A stretch of 64,000 nt of DNA from Alphaproteobacteria bacterium PA4 (GCA_002256005.1 NKIQ01000017.1:5040-69039); one strand, 5' to 3'. Counted from the stretch's first letter, positions 8,885-20,253 are shown. Made by a program: numbers and translations. Notes: generated by a model from the letters alone, not told the origin.

Positions 8885-9676
8885 CTACAGCAGCGCGCGT
8901 TCGGTGAGGCCATAGCCGGCAAGCGCCGGAGCCAGCGCGTCGACATGGCGGTCGTGCCGGGTGAACACGACGACACCCGGCGGCGCCGTCCAGGACCCGG
9001 CATCGGTGCCGAGCAGATAGGCCACCCGCCGCGCGATGCCCGGCCCGCCGTCGACAAACCCCAGCGGGCGCGGCGCGGCCGCCGCCAGTTCCGCCGCCAG
9101 CAGCGGGAAATGCGTGCAGGCCAGCACCACCATGTCCATGCGGTCGCCGCCCGGCTGGTCGAGCAGTCCGGCCAGTTCCGGGGCGACATCGGCAGCGGTG
9201 ACGGTCTCGCCGGCCAGCCTGGCCTCGGCCAGCGTCACCAGCGCGGCACTGCCATGGCGCAGCACCAGGCAATCGCTGGCGAATTCCGCTGACAGCCGGT
9301 CGACATAGGGCTGGCGCACCGTCGCTGCCGTGCCGAGCACGCCGATCACCCGGCTGCGCGAGCGTTCCGCCGCCGGCTTGATCGCCGGCACCGTGCCGAC
9401 CACCGGCACATCCAGCGCCGCCCGCACATGGGCAAGCGCGATGGTGGAGGCGGTGTTGCAGGCGATGACCACCAGTTGCGGGCGATAGCGCTCGACCAGC
9501 CGGCCGAGCAGTGCCGGCACGCGCGACGCAATCTCGGCCTCGGTCTTGGTGCCATAGGGAAAGCCCGCATTGTCGGCAGCATAGACAATACCGATACCGG
9601 GCAGCAGCTGCCGGATCGGCGCCAGCACCGACAGGCCGCCGACGCCGGAATCAAAGACAAGGATGGGCTGTGTCAT
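8885..9676 (-). CDS. murI: glutamate racemase
   Basis: MTQPILVFDSGVGGLSVL...YAADNAGFPYG and a second catalytic region LACTHFPLL. 263 aa from ATG 9676. Confidence 0.9.
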   Translation of the reverse strand: MTQPILVFDSGVGGLSVLAPIRQLLPGIGIVYAADNAGFPYGTKTEAEIASRVPALLGRLVERYRPQLVVIACNTASTIALAHVRAALDVPVVGTVPAIKPAAERSRSRVIGVLGTAATVRQPYVDRLSAEFASDCLVLRHGSAALVTLAEARLAGETVTAADVAPELAGLLDQPGGDRMDMVVLACTHFPLLAAELAAAAPRPLGFVDGGPGIARRVAYLLGTDAGSWTAPPGVVVFTRHDRHVDALAPALAGYGLTERALL

Positions 9677-9789
9677 GCCGACAGACGTAAACAACTGCAC
9701 GGCCGGGTGCCAGTATTCGCGCCATCGATTTCTTCGATGACGGACAATCAGAAAATCCATTTCCCGGCGACCGGGCTCGCGGCGCATGA

Positions 9790-12063
<2,274 letters not shown>

Positions 12064-12069
12064 GGCACC

Positions 12070-12099
12070 CCGGCCCGGCGTGTGACAGCGCCGGGCCGG
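12070..12099. terminator. GC-rich hairpin between convergent katG and vapC (possible bidirectional terminator)
   Basis: 11-bp perfect stem CCGGCCCGGCG / CGCCGGGCCGG (12070-12080 / 12089-12099) with an 8-nt loop. The U-tract is weak. Confidence 0.45.
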
Positions 12100-12142
12100 T
12101 CAGCTTCGGCACCGCTGGCAACGATGTGCGGCGCAGCGCCGC

Positions 12143-12574
12143 TTACCCCGCGACATCGGCAAGCAGCCGCACACGCGGCCACACGCCAATGGCCTTTTCG
12201 GCGAATTTGATGTCGCAGGTCACCAGCTCGCCATCGAGCTCGATGGCCAGCGCCAGATAGAGGCAGTCATAGATCTGATGGCCCAGCGCCAGTGCCAGTT
12301 TGCCGGCATCGAACAGGCGCTGTGGCGTGACGGGATAGGGCCTGACCGCATGATCCCGCCACGACTGGGTCCATTTGTCGAGGGCACGCAAGGCATCCTC
12401 GCCCAGCCTCTTGTCCATATTGCCACGCCGGACGATGGCTGACGCCACTTCGACGAACAGGATGTCGGGCCCACAGATTTCGTCGCGATGGCGACCAAGA
12501 AACTGCAAGGCCGCCTGACTATCGGCCTCCCACAACAACCATTTCGCCGCCAGACTGGCGTCGACAACGATCAT
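12143..12574 (-). CDS. vapC: type II toxin, PIN-domain VapC
   Basis: 143 aa beginning MIVVDASLAAKWLL, with later conserved D/E positions. Coupled to the upstream antitoxin by an ATGA overlap. Confidence 0.8.
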   Translation of the reverse strand: MIVVDASLAAKWLLWEADSQAALQFLGRHRDEICGPDILFVEVASAIVRRGNMDKRLGEDALRALDKWTQSWRDHAVRPYPVTPQRLFDAGKLALALGHQIYDCLYLALAIELDGELVTCDIKFAEKAIGVWPRVRLLADVAG

Positions 12575-12807
12575 TTGTCGTCGCGTTGCGCCCGGATCAG
12601 GTCGAGACTGTCGGGCAGCAGACCATGCTTCAACGTCATTTCGGCGTTGAAGGCCATCAGATCGCCGACGACATCGCCCGCCGGTCTGGCTTCGTTTTCC
12701 AGGATCATCCGTGCTTCGGCTTCCAGCGATCGTTTGTTGGCCTGGGCCTGCGCCCGCAATCGCGCATAAGCAGCATCATCAAGACGACGAATGGTGAGCG
12801 TGGCCAT
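12571..12807 (-). CDS. type II antitoxin, ribbon-helix-helix (FitA/Arc-like)
   Basis: 78 aa beginning MATLTIRRLDDAAYARLRAQAQANKRSLEAEARMIL, a typical RHH antitoxin N-terminus. GAGGAG SD upstream. Confidence 0.8.
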   Translation of the reverse strand: MATLTIRRLDDAAYARLRAQAQANKRSLEAEARMILENEARPAGDVVGDLMAFNAEMTLKHGLLPDSLDLIRAQRDDK

Positions 12808-12862
12808 GGCAAACTCCTCGAGCGGCGATGCTAGCACAATGCCAGCAAATCGCCAAAGCCGC

Positions 12863-13324
12863 TCAAATCGTCATCGCATCCGGCGCGGCGGTCCGCGACA
12901 TCACCCAGGCCATTGCCAGCAGGCCGGCCACCGCGCCCAGCGTCAGCAGGCCTCGCAGGCGGGGGTACCAGGCCGGCAGGCCATTGCTGCCGGCGTCCCA
13001 GACGAAGTGCAGGGTCAGCAGCGTCGCCAGTGCGATCAGCTGGCGTGCCGGCGCGATGCCGGGCAGCAGCAGCAGTGCCAGCGCCAGCAGCGTCGGCAGC
13101 ATGGCGAGCGTGATGGTGCCGACGCCGGGATCGGGCCGCGCCACCGCCAGCCCCCAGCGTGCGCCGCCGAGGAACGACAGGATCAGCGCGCCATAGGCCA
13201 GCGCCACCACGGCGAACATGCCGGCGTGCACCGGCACCCACAGGCCGAGCAGCGGCGGCGCCAGGAACGGGATCAGGCCGGCAAGGCCATAGAGGAGCAC
13301 GGAACGCGGGACGGTCTGGGTCAT
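12863..13324 (-). CDS. small 4-TM membrane protein (DUF3429-like)
   Basis: 153 aa from ATG 13324. Hydrophobic, with FLGGARWG. The DUF3429 assignment is from memory. The longer 277-aa ORF has an Arg-rich, non-protein-like N-terminus. Confidence 0.55.
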   Translation of the reverse strand: MTQTVPRSVLLYGLAGLIPFLAPPLLGLWVPVHAGMFAVVALAYGALILSFLGGARWGLAVARPDPGVGTITLAMLPTLLALALLLLPGIAPARQLIALATLLTLHFVWDAGSNGLPAWYPRLRGLLTLGAVAGLLAMAWVMSRTAAPDAMTI

Positions 13325-13433
13325 GGCCGCCCCCTTGCCCCGGCGGCCCGGTGCCTGTCGATAGGACAGAAGCGCGCTTGGCCGACGGCGGCTGCGGCTG
13401 ATAGCGTGGCCCGAGCGAATCGCGGGCGGGGGA

Positions 13434-14237
13434 ATGATGGACAGCGAGACGGCCAGCCGCCCCGGCGTGCTGGCGACACTGGTGCGGCACCCGGTCGCCT
13501 GCCTGCGGCTGGGCTGGCGCGTGGCCTTGCTGGCGGGTGCGCTGGCGATCTGCCTGCCGCCGCATCTCGTCATGCGGCGGCTGACAGGATCCTGGCGCTG
13601 GGCGCAGCGCTTCCTCGGCATCGCCGCGCGCATCTGCGGCGCCCGGGTCAGCCACAGCGGCCCGATGCTCGGCCGCGATGTATTCTTCGTTGCCAATCAC
13701 CTGTCGTGGATCGACATCTGCATCTTCGGCGGTGTCACCGGCACGGCCTTTGTGGCGCAGGACAAGATCCGCGACTGGCCGGTGATCGGCAGGCTGGCGC
13801 AGCTCAACCGCACCGTCTTCGTTTCGCGCGAGGCGCGGCTGATGGTCAGCCAGCAGATCATCGAACTCCGAGAGGCGCTGGCCGCCCATCAACCGGTGAC
13901 GCTATTTCCGGAAGGCACCACCACCGATGGCCGCAGCCTGTTGCCGTTCAAGCCGCCGCTGTTCGCCGTGCTGCTGCCGCCGCCGCGGGCGCTGCGCATC
14001 CAGCCGGTGTGCCTGCACTTCGATGATGCGGGCAAGGATCTCGCCTGGATCGGCGTCGAAACCGCGCCTGAAAACGCCTGGCGGGTGTTCACAAGGCCCG
14101 GCAGCTTCCGCGTCCATGTCGAATTCCTCGACCCCTTCGACCCCGGCGACCATCCCGACCGCAAGGCGATTTCGGCGGAGTCGCGGCGGCGCATCACGGC
14201 GGCACTGGCGCGCGAACTGGGCGCGCCGGTTGCCTGA
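13434..14237 (+). CDS. lysophospholipid (1-acyl-sn-glycerol-3-phosphate) acyltransferase family protein
   Basis: HX4D acyltransferase motif NHLSWID, a later FPEGTTT motif, and an N-terminal TM segment. Confidence 0.8.
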   Translation: MMDSETASRPGVLATLVRHPVACLRLGWRVALLAGALAICLPPHLVMRRLTGSWRWAQRFLGIAARICGARVSHSGPMLGRDVFFVANHLSWIDICIFGGVTGTAFVAQDKIRDWPVIGRLAQLNRTVFVSREARLMVSQQIIELREALAAHQPVTLFPEGTTTDGRSLLPFKPPLFAVLLPPPRALRIQPVCLHFDDAGKDLAWIGVETAPENAWRVFTRPGSFRVHVEFLDPFDPGDHPDRKAISAESRRRITAALARELGAPVA

Positions 14238-14264
14238 CTCCGTCCCCTTCGCTAACGCTGGCGC

Positions 14265-15257
<993 letters not shown>

Positions 15258-15281
15258 GCGCTGCGGGTGGCGGCAGGTTTT

Positions 15282-15404
15282 GCCTCCGGCGGCTGGGGCC
15301 GCAGGCCCCAGACCCCGATTATTTGCGGTTTCCGCGACCAAATTTCGTCTTCTGAGGCCAAAACGAATTGGGGTCTGGGGCCCAAGGCCCCAGCCGCCGG
15401 AGGC
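15282..15404. repeat. family-A composite palindromic element (123 bp)
   Basis: Left unit GCCTCCGGCGGCTGGGGCCGCAGGCCCCAGACCCC at 15282-15316. Right unit GGGGTCTGGGGCCCAAGGCCCCAGCCGCCGGAGGC at 15370-15404. AT-richer 53-nt core. Confidence 0.9.
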
Positions 15405-15409
15405 TCTGA

Positions 15410-17110
15410 ATGATCATCGGCATCGACCTCGGCACCACCAACAGCGCCGCCGCGATCTGGCGTGACGGCGAAGCGGTGCTCATCCCCAATCGACTGGGCG
15501 AGAGCCTGACGCCGTCGGCGGTGAGCATCGACGGCGACACGGTGAGCGTCGGCCGGGCGGCGCGCGAGCGGCAGGCAACGCACCCCGATGCCACCATCAC
15601 CGCCTTCAAGCGGCTGATGGGCACAGCCAAGGTCACCCGCCTCGGCCGCCGCGACTTCAGCCCTGAGGAATTGTCGGCGCTGGTGCTGCGCAGCCTGAAG
15701 GAGGATGCGGAGGCGTTTCTGGGCGAGCCGGTCACCGAAGCGGTGATCACCGTTCCCGCCTATTTCAACGATCGGCAAAGGAAGGCCACCCGCCGCGCCG
15801 GCGAGCTCGCCGGGCTGACGGTGGAGCGGCTGGTTAACGAGCCGACGGCGGCGGCGCTGGCCTATGGCATCCACAATCTCGCCGACCAGTCGCAATTCCT
15901 GGTCTTCGATCTGGGCGGCGGCACCTTTGACGTGTCGGTACTGGAAATCTTCGAAGGCATCATCGAGGTGCGCGCTTCCACCGGCGACAACCGGCTGGGC
16001 GGCGAGGATTTCAACCAGGTGTTGATCGCCGCGATGGAGGCGAAGCATGGCGAGAGCTGGGGCCGCAAGGCGCGCAGCGACCGGGCGCTGCACGAGCGCC
16101 TGCGCGAAGCGGCGGAGCGGACGCGGCGGGCGCTGACCAGCAGCAACAGCGCCACGATAAGCGTCATCTGGCAGGAACAGAGCTACAGCCTCGACATCGG
16201 CGCCGAGGATTTCGAAACGCTCGCCGCCGATCTGATCAGCCGGCTGCGCGAGCCGGTGCTGCGGTCGCTGCGCGACAGCAATATCCGGCCCGAGGCGCTG
16301 ACCGAGATCATCCTGATCGGCGGCAGCACGCGGATGCCGGTGGTGCGCAAGGCGGTGGCGCGCATGTTCGGCCGCTTCCCCAACGCCAGCATCAACCCCG
16401 ATGAGGCGGTGGCGCTGGGCGCTGCCGTGCAGGCCGGGCTGAAGGCGCGCGATGCGGCGCTGCGCGAAGTGGTGCTGACCGATGTCTGCCCCTATTCGCT
16501 GGGCGTCGACATTTCGCAGCAGCTCAATGGCAATTACCGCGAGGAAGGTGTGTTCGCGCCGATCATCGAGCGCAACACCGCGGTGCCGGTCAGCCGCGTC
16601 GGCACCTTCCAGACCATCGCGCCCAACCAGAAGGTCGTCGAGTTCGGCATCTATCAGGGCGAGGCGCGGCTGGTGGCCGACAATATCAAGATCGGCAGCA
16701 TCGAGGTGAAGATGCCGCGCGGGCCGGCCGGGCTGCCGGTCGAATGCCGCTTTTCCTATGACATCAACGGGCTGCTGGAAGTGGATGTGCATGTCCCGGC
16801 CAGTGGCGAGCGCCGCCAGCTGGTGATCACCGACCCGGAGGATGATGTGCCGCCGGCGGAGCTGGAGCGCCGTCGCGCGGCGCTGGCCGCGCTGAAGGTC
16901 CACCCCCGCGACGGCGAGGCCAATCGCGCCACGCTCGCCCGCGCCGAGCGCTGCTGGCAGGACGGGCTGGGCGACAAGCGCGACTATGTCGGCCAGTTGA
17001 TCGCCGGCTTCCAGGGCGCGCTGGAAACCCAGGACCCGCGCATCGCCGAGCGCGCCCGGCTGGAACTGGAGGAAGCGCTCGACGCACTGGAAGGCGACCG
17101 CTTCCTGTGA
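15410..17110 (+). CDS. Hsp70-family chaperone, HscC-like
   Basis: 566 aa. Motifs IGIDLGTTNS, DLGGGTFDVSVLE and LIGGSTRMPVV. Short C-terminal lid as in HscC rather than DnaK. Confidence 0.85.
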   Translation: MIIGIDLGTTNSAAAIWRDGEAVLIPNRLGESLTPSAVSIDGDTVSVGRAARERQATHPDATITAFKRLMGTAKVTRLGRRDFSPEELSALVLRSLKEDAEAFLGEPVTEAVITVPAYFNDRQRKATRRAGELAGLTVERLVNEPTAAALAYGIHNLADQSQFLVFDLGGGTFDVSVLEIFEGIIEVRASTGDNRLGGEDFNQVLIAAMEAKHGESWGRKARSDRALHERLREAAERTRRALTSSNSATISVIWQEQSYSLDIGAEDFETLAADLISRLREPVLRSLRDSNIRPEALTEIILIGGSTRMPVVRKAVARMFGRFPNASINPDEAVALGAAVQAGLKARDAALREVVLTDVCPYSLGVDISQQLNGNYREEGVFAPIIERNTAVPVSRVGTFQTIAPNQKVVEFGIYQGEARLVADNIKIGSIEVKMPRGPAGLPVECRFSYDINGLLEVDVHVPASGERRQLVITDPEDDVPPAELERRRAALAALKVHPRDGEANRATLARAERCWQDGLGDKRDYVGQLIAGFQGALETQDPRIAERARLELEEALDALEGDRFL

Positions 17111-18738
17111 AGCGTGGCATCTGGGCCACCCTTGGCATCAAGCGCACCAATGACCGCGCGGAAATCCGCCGCGCCTATGCGGCCAAGCTGCGCGTCACCA
17201 ACCCCGAGGATGACCCCGAAGGCTTCATGGCGCTGCGCAGCGCCTATGAGGCGGCGTTGCAGGGGGCGTGGGATGTGCCGGAAGACGCGGCGGTGCCGGA
17301 CGCAGCGGATGACAGTGCGGATGGCGAGGCCGATCCAGACGATGAGGACGACGACTTCCGGCAATTTGTCGCGGATTCCGCTCGTTGGGACGCCGAAGTC
17401 GCCAGCGCGACGCCGCCCGACCCCGAAATCATCGACCTCAACCAGCGCTGGCAGGCGCTGGTCGACACGCTGTTCGCCGATCCGCCGGAGCCCGTCGAAC
17501 CAGCGCTGGCGCATCTGCTGGCGGCGCCGGCGCTGGAACGCATCGCGCTCAGGGCGGAGCTGGAGGACAATCTCGCCCGGCTGATCGCCGACAATATCCC
17601 TGAGGCGGACGCGCTGGTGCAGCCGGCGGTGGCCGCGATGGGCTGGGAGGGCGCCGCTCGCCACGCCAATTGGGCCATCGCCACCGTGCAATATCGCGCC
17701 GCCGAGCTGGCCGCCGAAGCCCGCGCCGCCGCGCCGCAGGGCTTTTTCAACCGCCTGTCAAAATGGAATGTCGCGACACCGCGGCTATGGGTGTTCGGCC
17801 TGATCCTGCTGGTTCAGATCCTGCGGCTGGCGTTTGCCGACAGCAATGACACGCCGCCGGTCAACCTGCCCCAGGTCGTGCCCGGCCAGGATCGGCCGGT
17901 CGCGCTGCTCACCGACAGCTGGTTCCGGCCGGAGGATCGGCTGACCGGCCTCACCGGCGTCGCGGCGCAGGTGCTGAGCATCGCCGAAGTCACCGCCGAT
18001 CGCGACGGCAATCCCGTCACCTGCAAGCTGCTCGACACGCCGCCCGCCGCCTTTGCCAAAATCACCTGCTCGCTGCTGCTGCGCCGCGCCCGCTTCGTGC
18101 CGAACCCGGCGCTCGGCGGCGACAGCCCGGCGCGCCTGATCATCCTGTGGCAGCGCACCGATGATGGCAGCTATCGCCCGCAATGGCTCGATCCGGCCAA
18201 GGCGAACAGCACGCTGGCGGCGATGGCACTGGCCGAAGCTTCGAAATTGCGCCCGCTGGCGCCGGAATGCCCGAAGCCGGCGCCGCCGCAACCGGGCAAG
18301 GCACAGCCGCCCATCGCCTGCTCGCCGGACAATGACTGGCTGAGCACCAGCGACTTTCCGCAGGAGCGGCTGATGGCCGCCGGCACGCGCAGCCTCGATA
18401 TCGAATACACCATCGGTCGTGACGGCTATATCCGCGATTGCCGCGTCACCGCACCGAGCCGGGTGCAGGCCGTCGACGACAAGGTGTGCAGCCTGTTGCA
18501 GCAGCGGGCGCATTTCGTACCGGGCCATGATGCCCAGGGGCGCCGCAGCGACTGGACATCAACCTATGTCTGGGGCTGGACCATCATCACCCGCAAGGTC
18601 GACGCGCCGGGCGCCGCTCCGACTGCGGATCTGAAGCTCGACCTGCCGAAGCCGGCGAGCGTGGCCACCGATTGTCTCGACAGCAGCGGCGTGCCGGAGG
18701 GTGTGACACGGCCGGACTGCCCGCCGGCAAAACCTTGA
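17107..18738 (+). CDS. membrane-spanning J-like domain protein (HPD replaced by NPE) with two C-terminal TonB_C-like modules
   Basis: GTG start overlaps the Hsp70 stop (GTGA). N-terminus aligns residue for residue with the DnaJ J-domain (EIRRAYAAKLRVTNPE vs EIRKAYKRLAMKYHPD). Also has an acidic tract, one TM (LWVFGLILLVQILRLAF) and duplicated RDG..C...CSLL..RA.FVP modules. Confidence 0.7.
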   Translation: MKRGIWATLGIKRTNDRAEIRRAYAAKLRVTNPEDDPEGFMALRSAYEAALQGAWDVPEDAAVPDAADDSADGEADPDDEDDDFRQFVADSARWDAEVASATPPDPEIIDLNQRWQALVDTLFADPPEPVEPALAHLLAAPALERIALRAELEDNLARLIADNIPEADALVQPAVAAMGWEGAARHANWAIATVQYRAAELAAEARAAAPQGFFNRLSKWNVATPRLWVFGLILLVQILRLAFADSNDTPPVNLPQVVPGQDRPVALLTDSWFRPEDRLTGLTGVAAQVLSIAEVTADRDGNPVTCKLLDTPPAAFAKITCSLLLRRARFVPNPALGGDSPARLIILWQRTDDGSYRPQWLDPAKANSTLAAMALAEASKLRPLAPECPKPAPPQPGKAQPPIACSPDNDWLSTSDFPQERLMAAGTRSLDIEYTIGRDGYIRDCRVTAPSRVQAVDDKVCSLLQQRAHFVPGHDAQGRRSDWTSTYVWGWTIITRKVDAPGAAPTADLKLDLPKPASVATDCLDSSGVPEGVTRPDCPPAKP

Positions 18739-18841
18739 AACAGAGCGCATTTCGGGGACGGATCGACGGTATCGAGGGGGCAAATCCAAATGGACCACCG
18801 ACCCGTCCCCACCCTGCGCAGGGAACTCTATCGCGTCGCCC

Positions 18842-19300
18842 TCACTCGCCGTCGGGGCGCTCACGCCAGGCGAGGATGATGCCGGGCAGCGCGAGGCCGG
18901 CGATGGCAAAGGCCGAGAGCAGGTCGATGGCGCCCTCGCGATCCGGGAACCACCAGCCCAGCGGCTTGGCCGGGATGGTGTAGATCAGCGCCATGAACAG
19001 CGTGCCGACCAGGGCGGTATGGCTGGCGCGATAGGCGCTGTCGCGCTCGGCGCGTTCGCGTTCGTCGAGGGCCGTATCCGGCGCATTGGCGCGCTGGTTG
19101 CGGATATCGACGAACAGGAACACCGCGGCGAACAGGCCGATGAGGCGCAGCGCTGAAAACAGGATATCCAGCGATCCGATAGCGTCCGGCCAGACCGCGC
19201 CGCCCAGATAGCCGACAGGCAGGGCCACCAGCACCAGCAGCGACAGGATGCGCGCGGTGCGCAGCTTCAGGCGCAGCGGCGGATTGATTGTCATGTCCAT
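18842..19300 (-). CDS. 4-TM membrane protein, paralog 2 (DERERAERD loop motif)
   Basis: 152 aa from ATG 19300 with a strong GAGGAG-type SD. Clearly paralogous to 19315-19788: shares LRTA..LS, ALRLI, DERERAERD.A.R.SH and GLP.IIL.WRERP. Confidence 0.7.
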   Translation of the reverse strand: MDMTINPPLRLKLRTARILSLLVLVALPVGYLGGAVWPDAIGSLDILFSALRLIGLFAAVFLFVDIRNQRANAPDTALDERERAERDSAYRASHTALVGTLFMALIYTIPAKPLGWWFPDREGAIDLLSAFAIAGLALPGIILAWRERPDGE

Positions 19301-19314
19301 TCCTCTCTCTCCTC

Positions 19315-19788
19315 TCATTCGTCGTCGGAAACCGGGCGCTCGCGCCAGATCAGGATGATCGCCGGCAGCCCCATGGCGATGAAGGCCAGGCCGATGGCGA
19401 TATCGACGGCGCCGCGCACATCGGGCAGCCACAGGCCCCAGCCACGCGCCACCGTCACCCAAGCACACAGCGCAAAGATGCTGCCGGTGATGAGCTTGTG
19501 GCTGTTGCGAAAGGCGCGGTCGCGTTCGGCGCGCTCACGCTCGTCGAACAGCGGGTCGAAGCGTTCCGGTACATTGGTCGCCTGGGTGCGGCCATCGATG
19601 AACAGCGCGAGGCAGGTGAGGCCGAAGATCAGCCGCAGCGCATGGAACAGCGGCAGCACCCGGCCGGCATCGCCCAGAAAATAGGCCCCGCCGATCATGC
19701 TCAGAACAAGGCCGAACGGCGCGACGATCGACAGCATCTTTGCGGTGCGCAGCGAAAAGCGCGCGGGGACACGGACGATGGTGGCCAT
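19315..19788 (-). CDS. 4-TM membrane protein, paralog 1 (DERERAERD loop motif)
   Basis: 157 aa. The start shares one base with the stop of the upstream XRE gene (TGATG). Two TM pairs are separated by a charged loop. Confidence 0.7.
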   Translation of the reverse strand: MATIVRVPARFSLRTAKMLSIVAPFGLVLSMIGGAYFLGDAGRVLPLFHALRLIFGLTCLALFIDGRTQATNVPERFDPLFDERERAERDRAFRNSHKLITGSIFALCAWVTVARGWGLWLPDVRGAVDIAIGLAFIAMGLPAIILIWRERPVSDDE

Positions 19789-20057
19789 CAGGCCTCTCCT
19801 GCAGCTTGGGCCGCCAATTGGCTGGCCAGCGATTGAAACGGGGTGAGCGAGAACAGCGTTTCGACCGGCACGCCGAACACCGCCGCCAGCTTCAGCCCCA
19901 GCTCGAGGCTGGGGCCGTATTGGCCGCGCTCCAGAAAGCCGATGGTCTGCGGATTGACGCCGACCAGCTCCGCCAGCGCGGCGCGCGACAGGCCACGCTC
20001 GACGCGGAACAGCGCGAGCCGGTTGTGCAGACTGAGCGAATCATTGTGCGAACTCAT
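19788..20057 (-). CDS. small XRE-family helix-turn-helix transcriptional regulator
   Basis: 89 aa from ATG 20057. [58 protein letters not shown] is a canonical Cro/C1 HTH. The longer ORF N-terminus runs through repeat B and is rejected. Confidence 0.85.
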   Translation of the reverse strand: MSSHNDSLSLHNRLALFRVERGLSRAALAELVGVNPQTIGFLERGQYGPSLELGLKLAAVFGVPVETLFSLTPFQSLASQLAAQAAGEA

Positions 20058-20063
20058 GGTTCG

Positions 20064-20090
20064 TTGTGTATACGCAATAATTGTTTGCGT
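20064..20090. promoter_or_regulatory. candidate operator(s) upstream of the XRE gene
   Basis: Lies in an AT-rich patch. Near-palindrome TTGTGTATACGCAA at 20064-20077 overlaps the perfect inverted repeat ACGCAA-N7-TTGCGT at 20072-20090. Confidence 0.35.
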
Positions 20091-20120
20091 CAACATGTGG
20101 TTGCCGGAGGGCAAATCAAC

Positions 20121-20253
20121 TCTCTCCCCCTTGTGGGGAGGGCGACTCGCGCTTGCGCGAGCGGGGTGGGGGGGTGGCGGGGGGGGCCACAGGCGTAACC
20201 CCCACCCCGCTCGGCTGGCGCCGAGTCGCCCTCCCCGCAAGGGGGAGGGAGGG
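20121..20253. repeat. family-B elements B2 (forward) and B3 (reverse) as an inverted pair around a G-rich centre
   Basis: B3 (20199-20253) is the reverse complement of B1 (881-935). In B2 (about 20121-20175) the second hairpin is replaced by CTCGCGC-TT-GCGCGAG. G7 and G8 tracts at 20168-20174 and 20179-20186. Confidence 0.85.

Noticed and set aside
8331-9272. A 313-aa ORF spanning the PEP-CTERM gene and murI on the minus strand, and the 12791-14026(+) 411-aa Arg/Gln-rich ORF.
   Set aside because: Composition is non-protein-like. They conflict with well-supported genes (PEP-CTERM protein, murI, the DUF3429-like protein and the acyltransferase).
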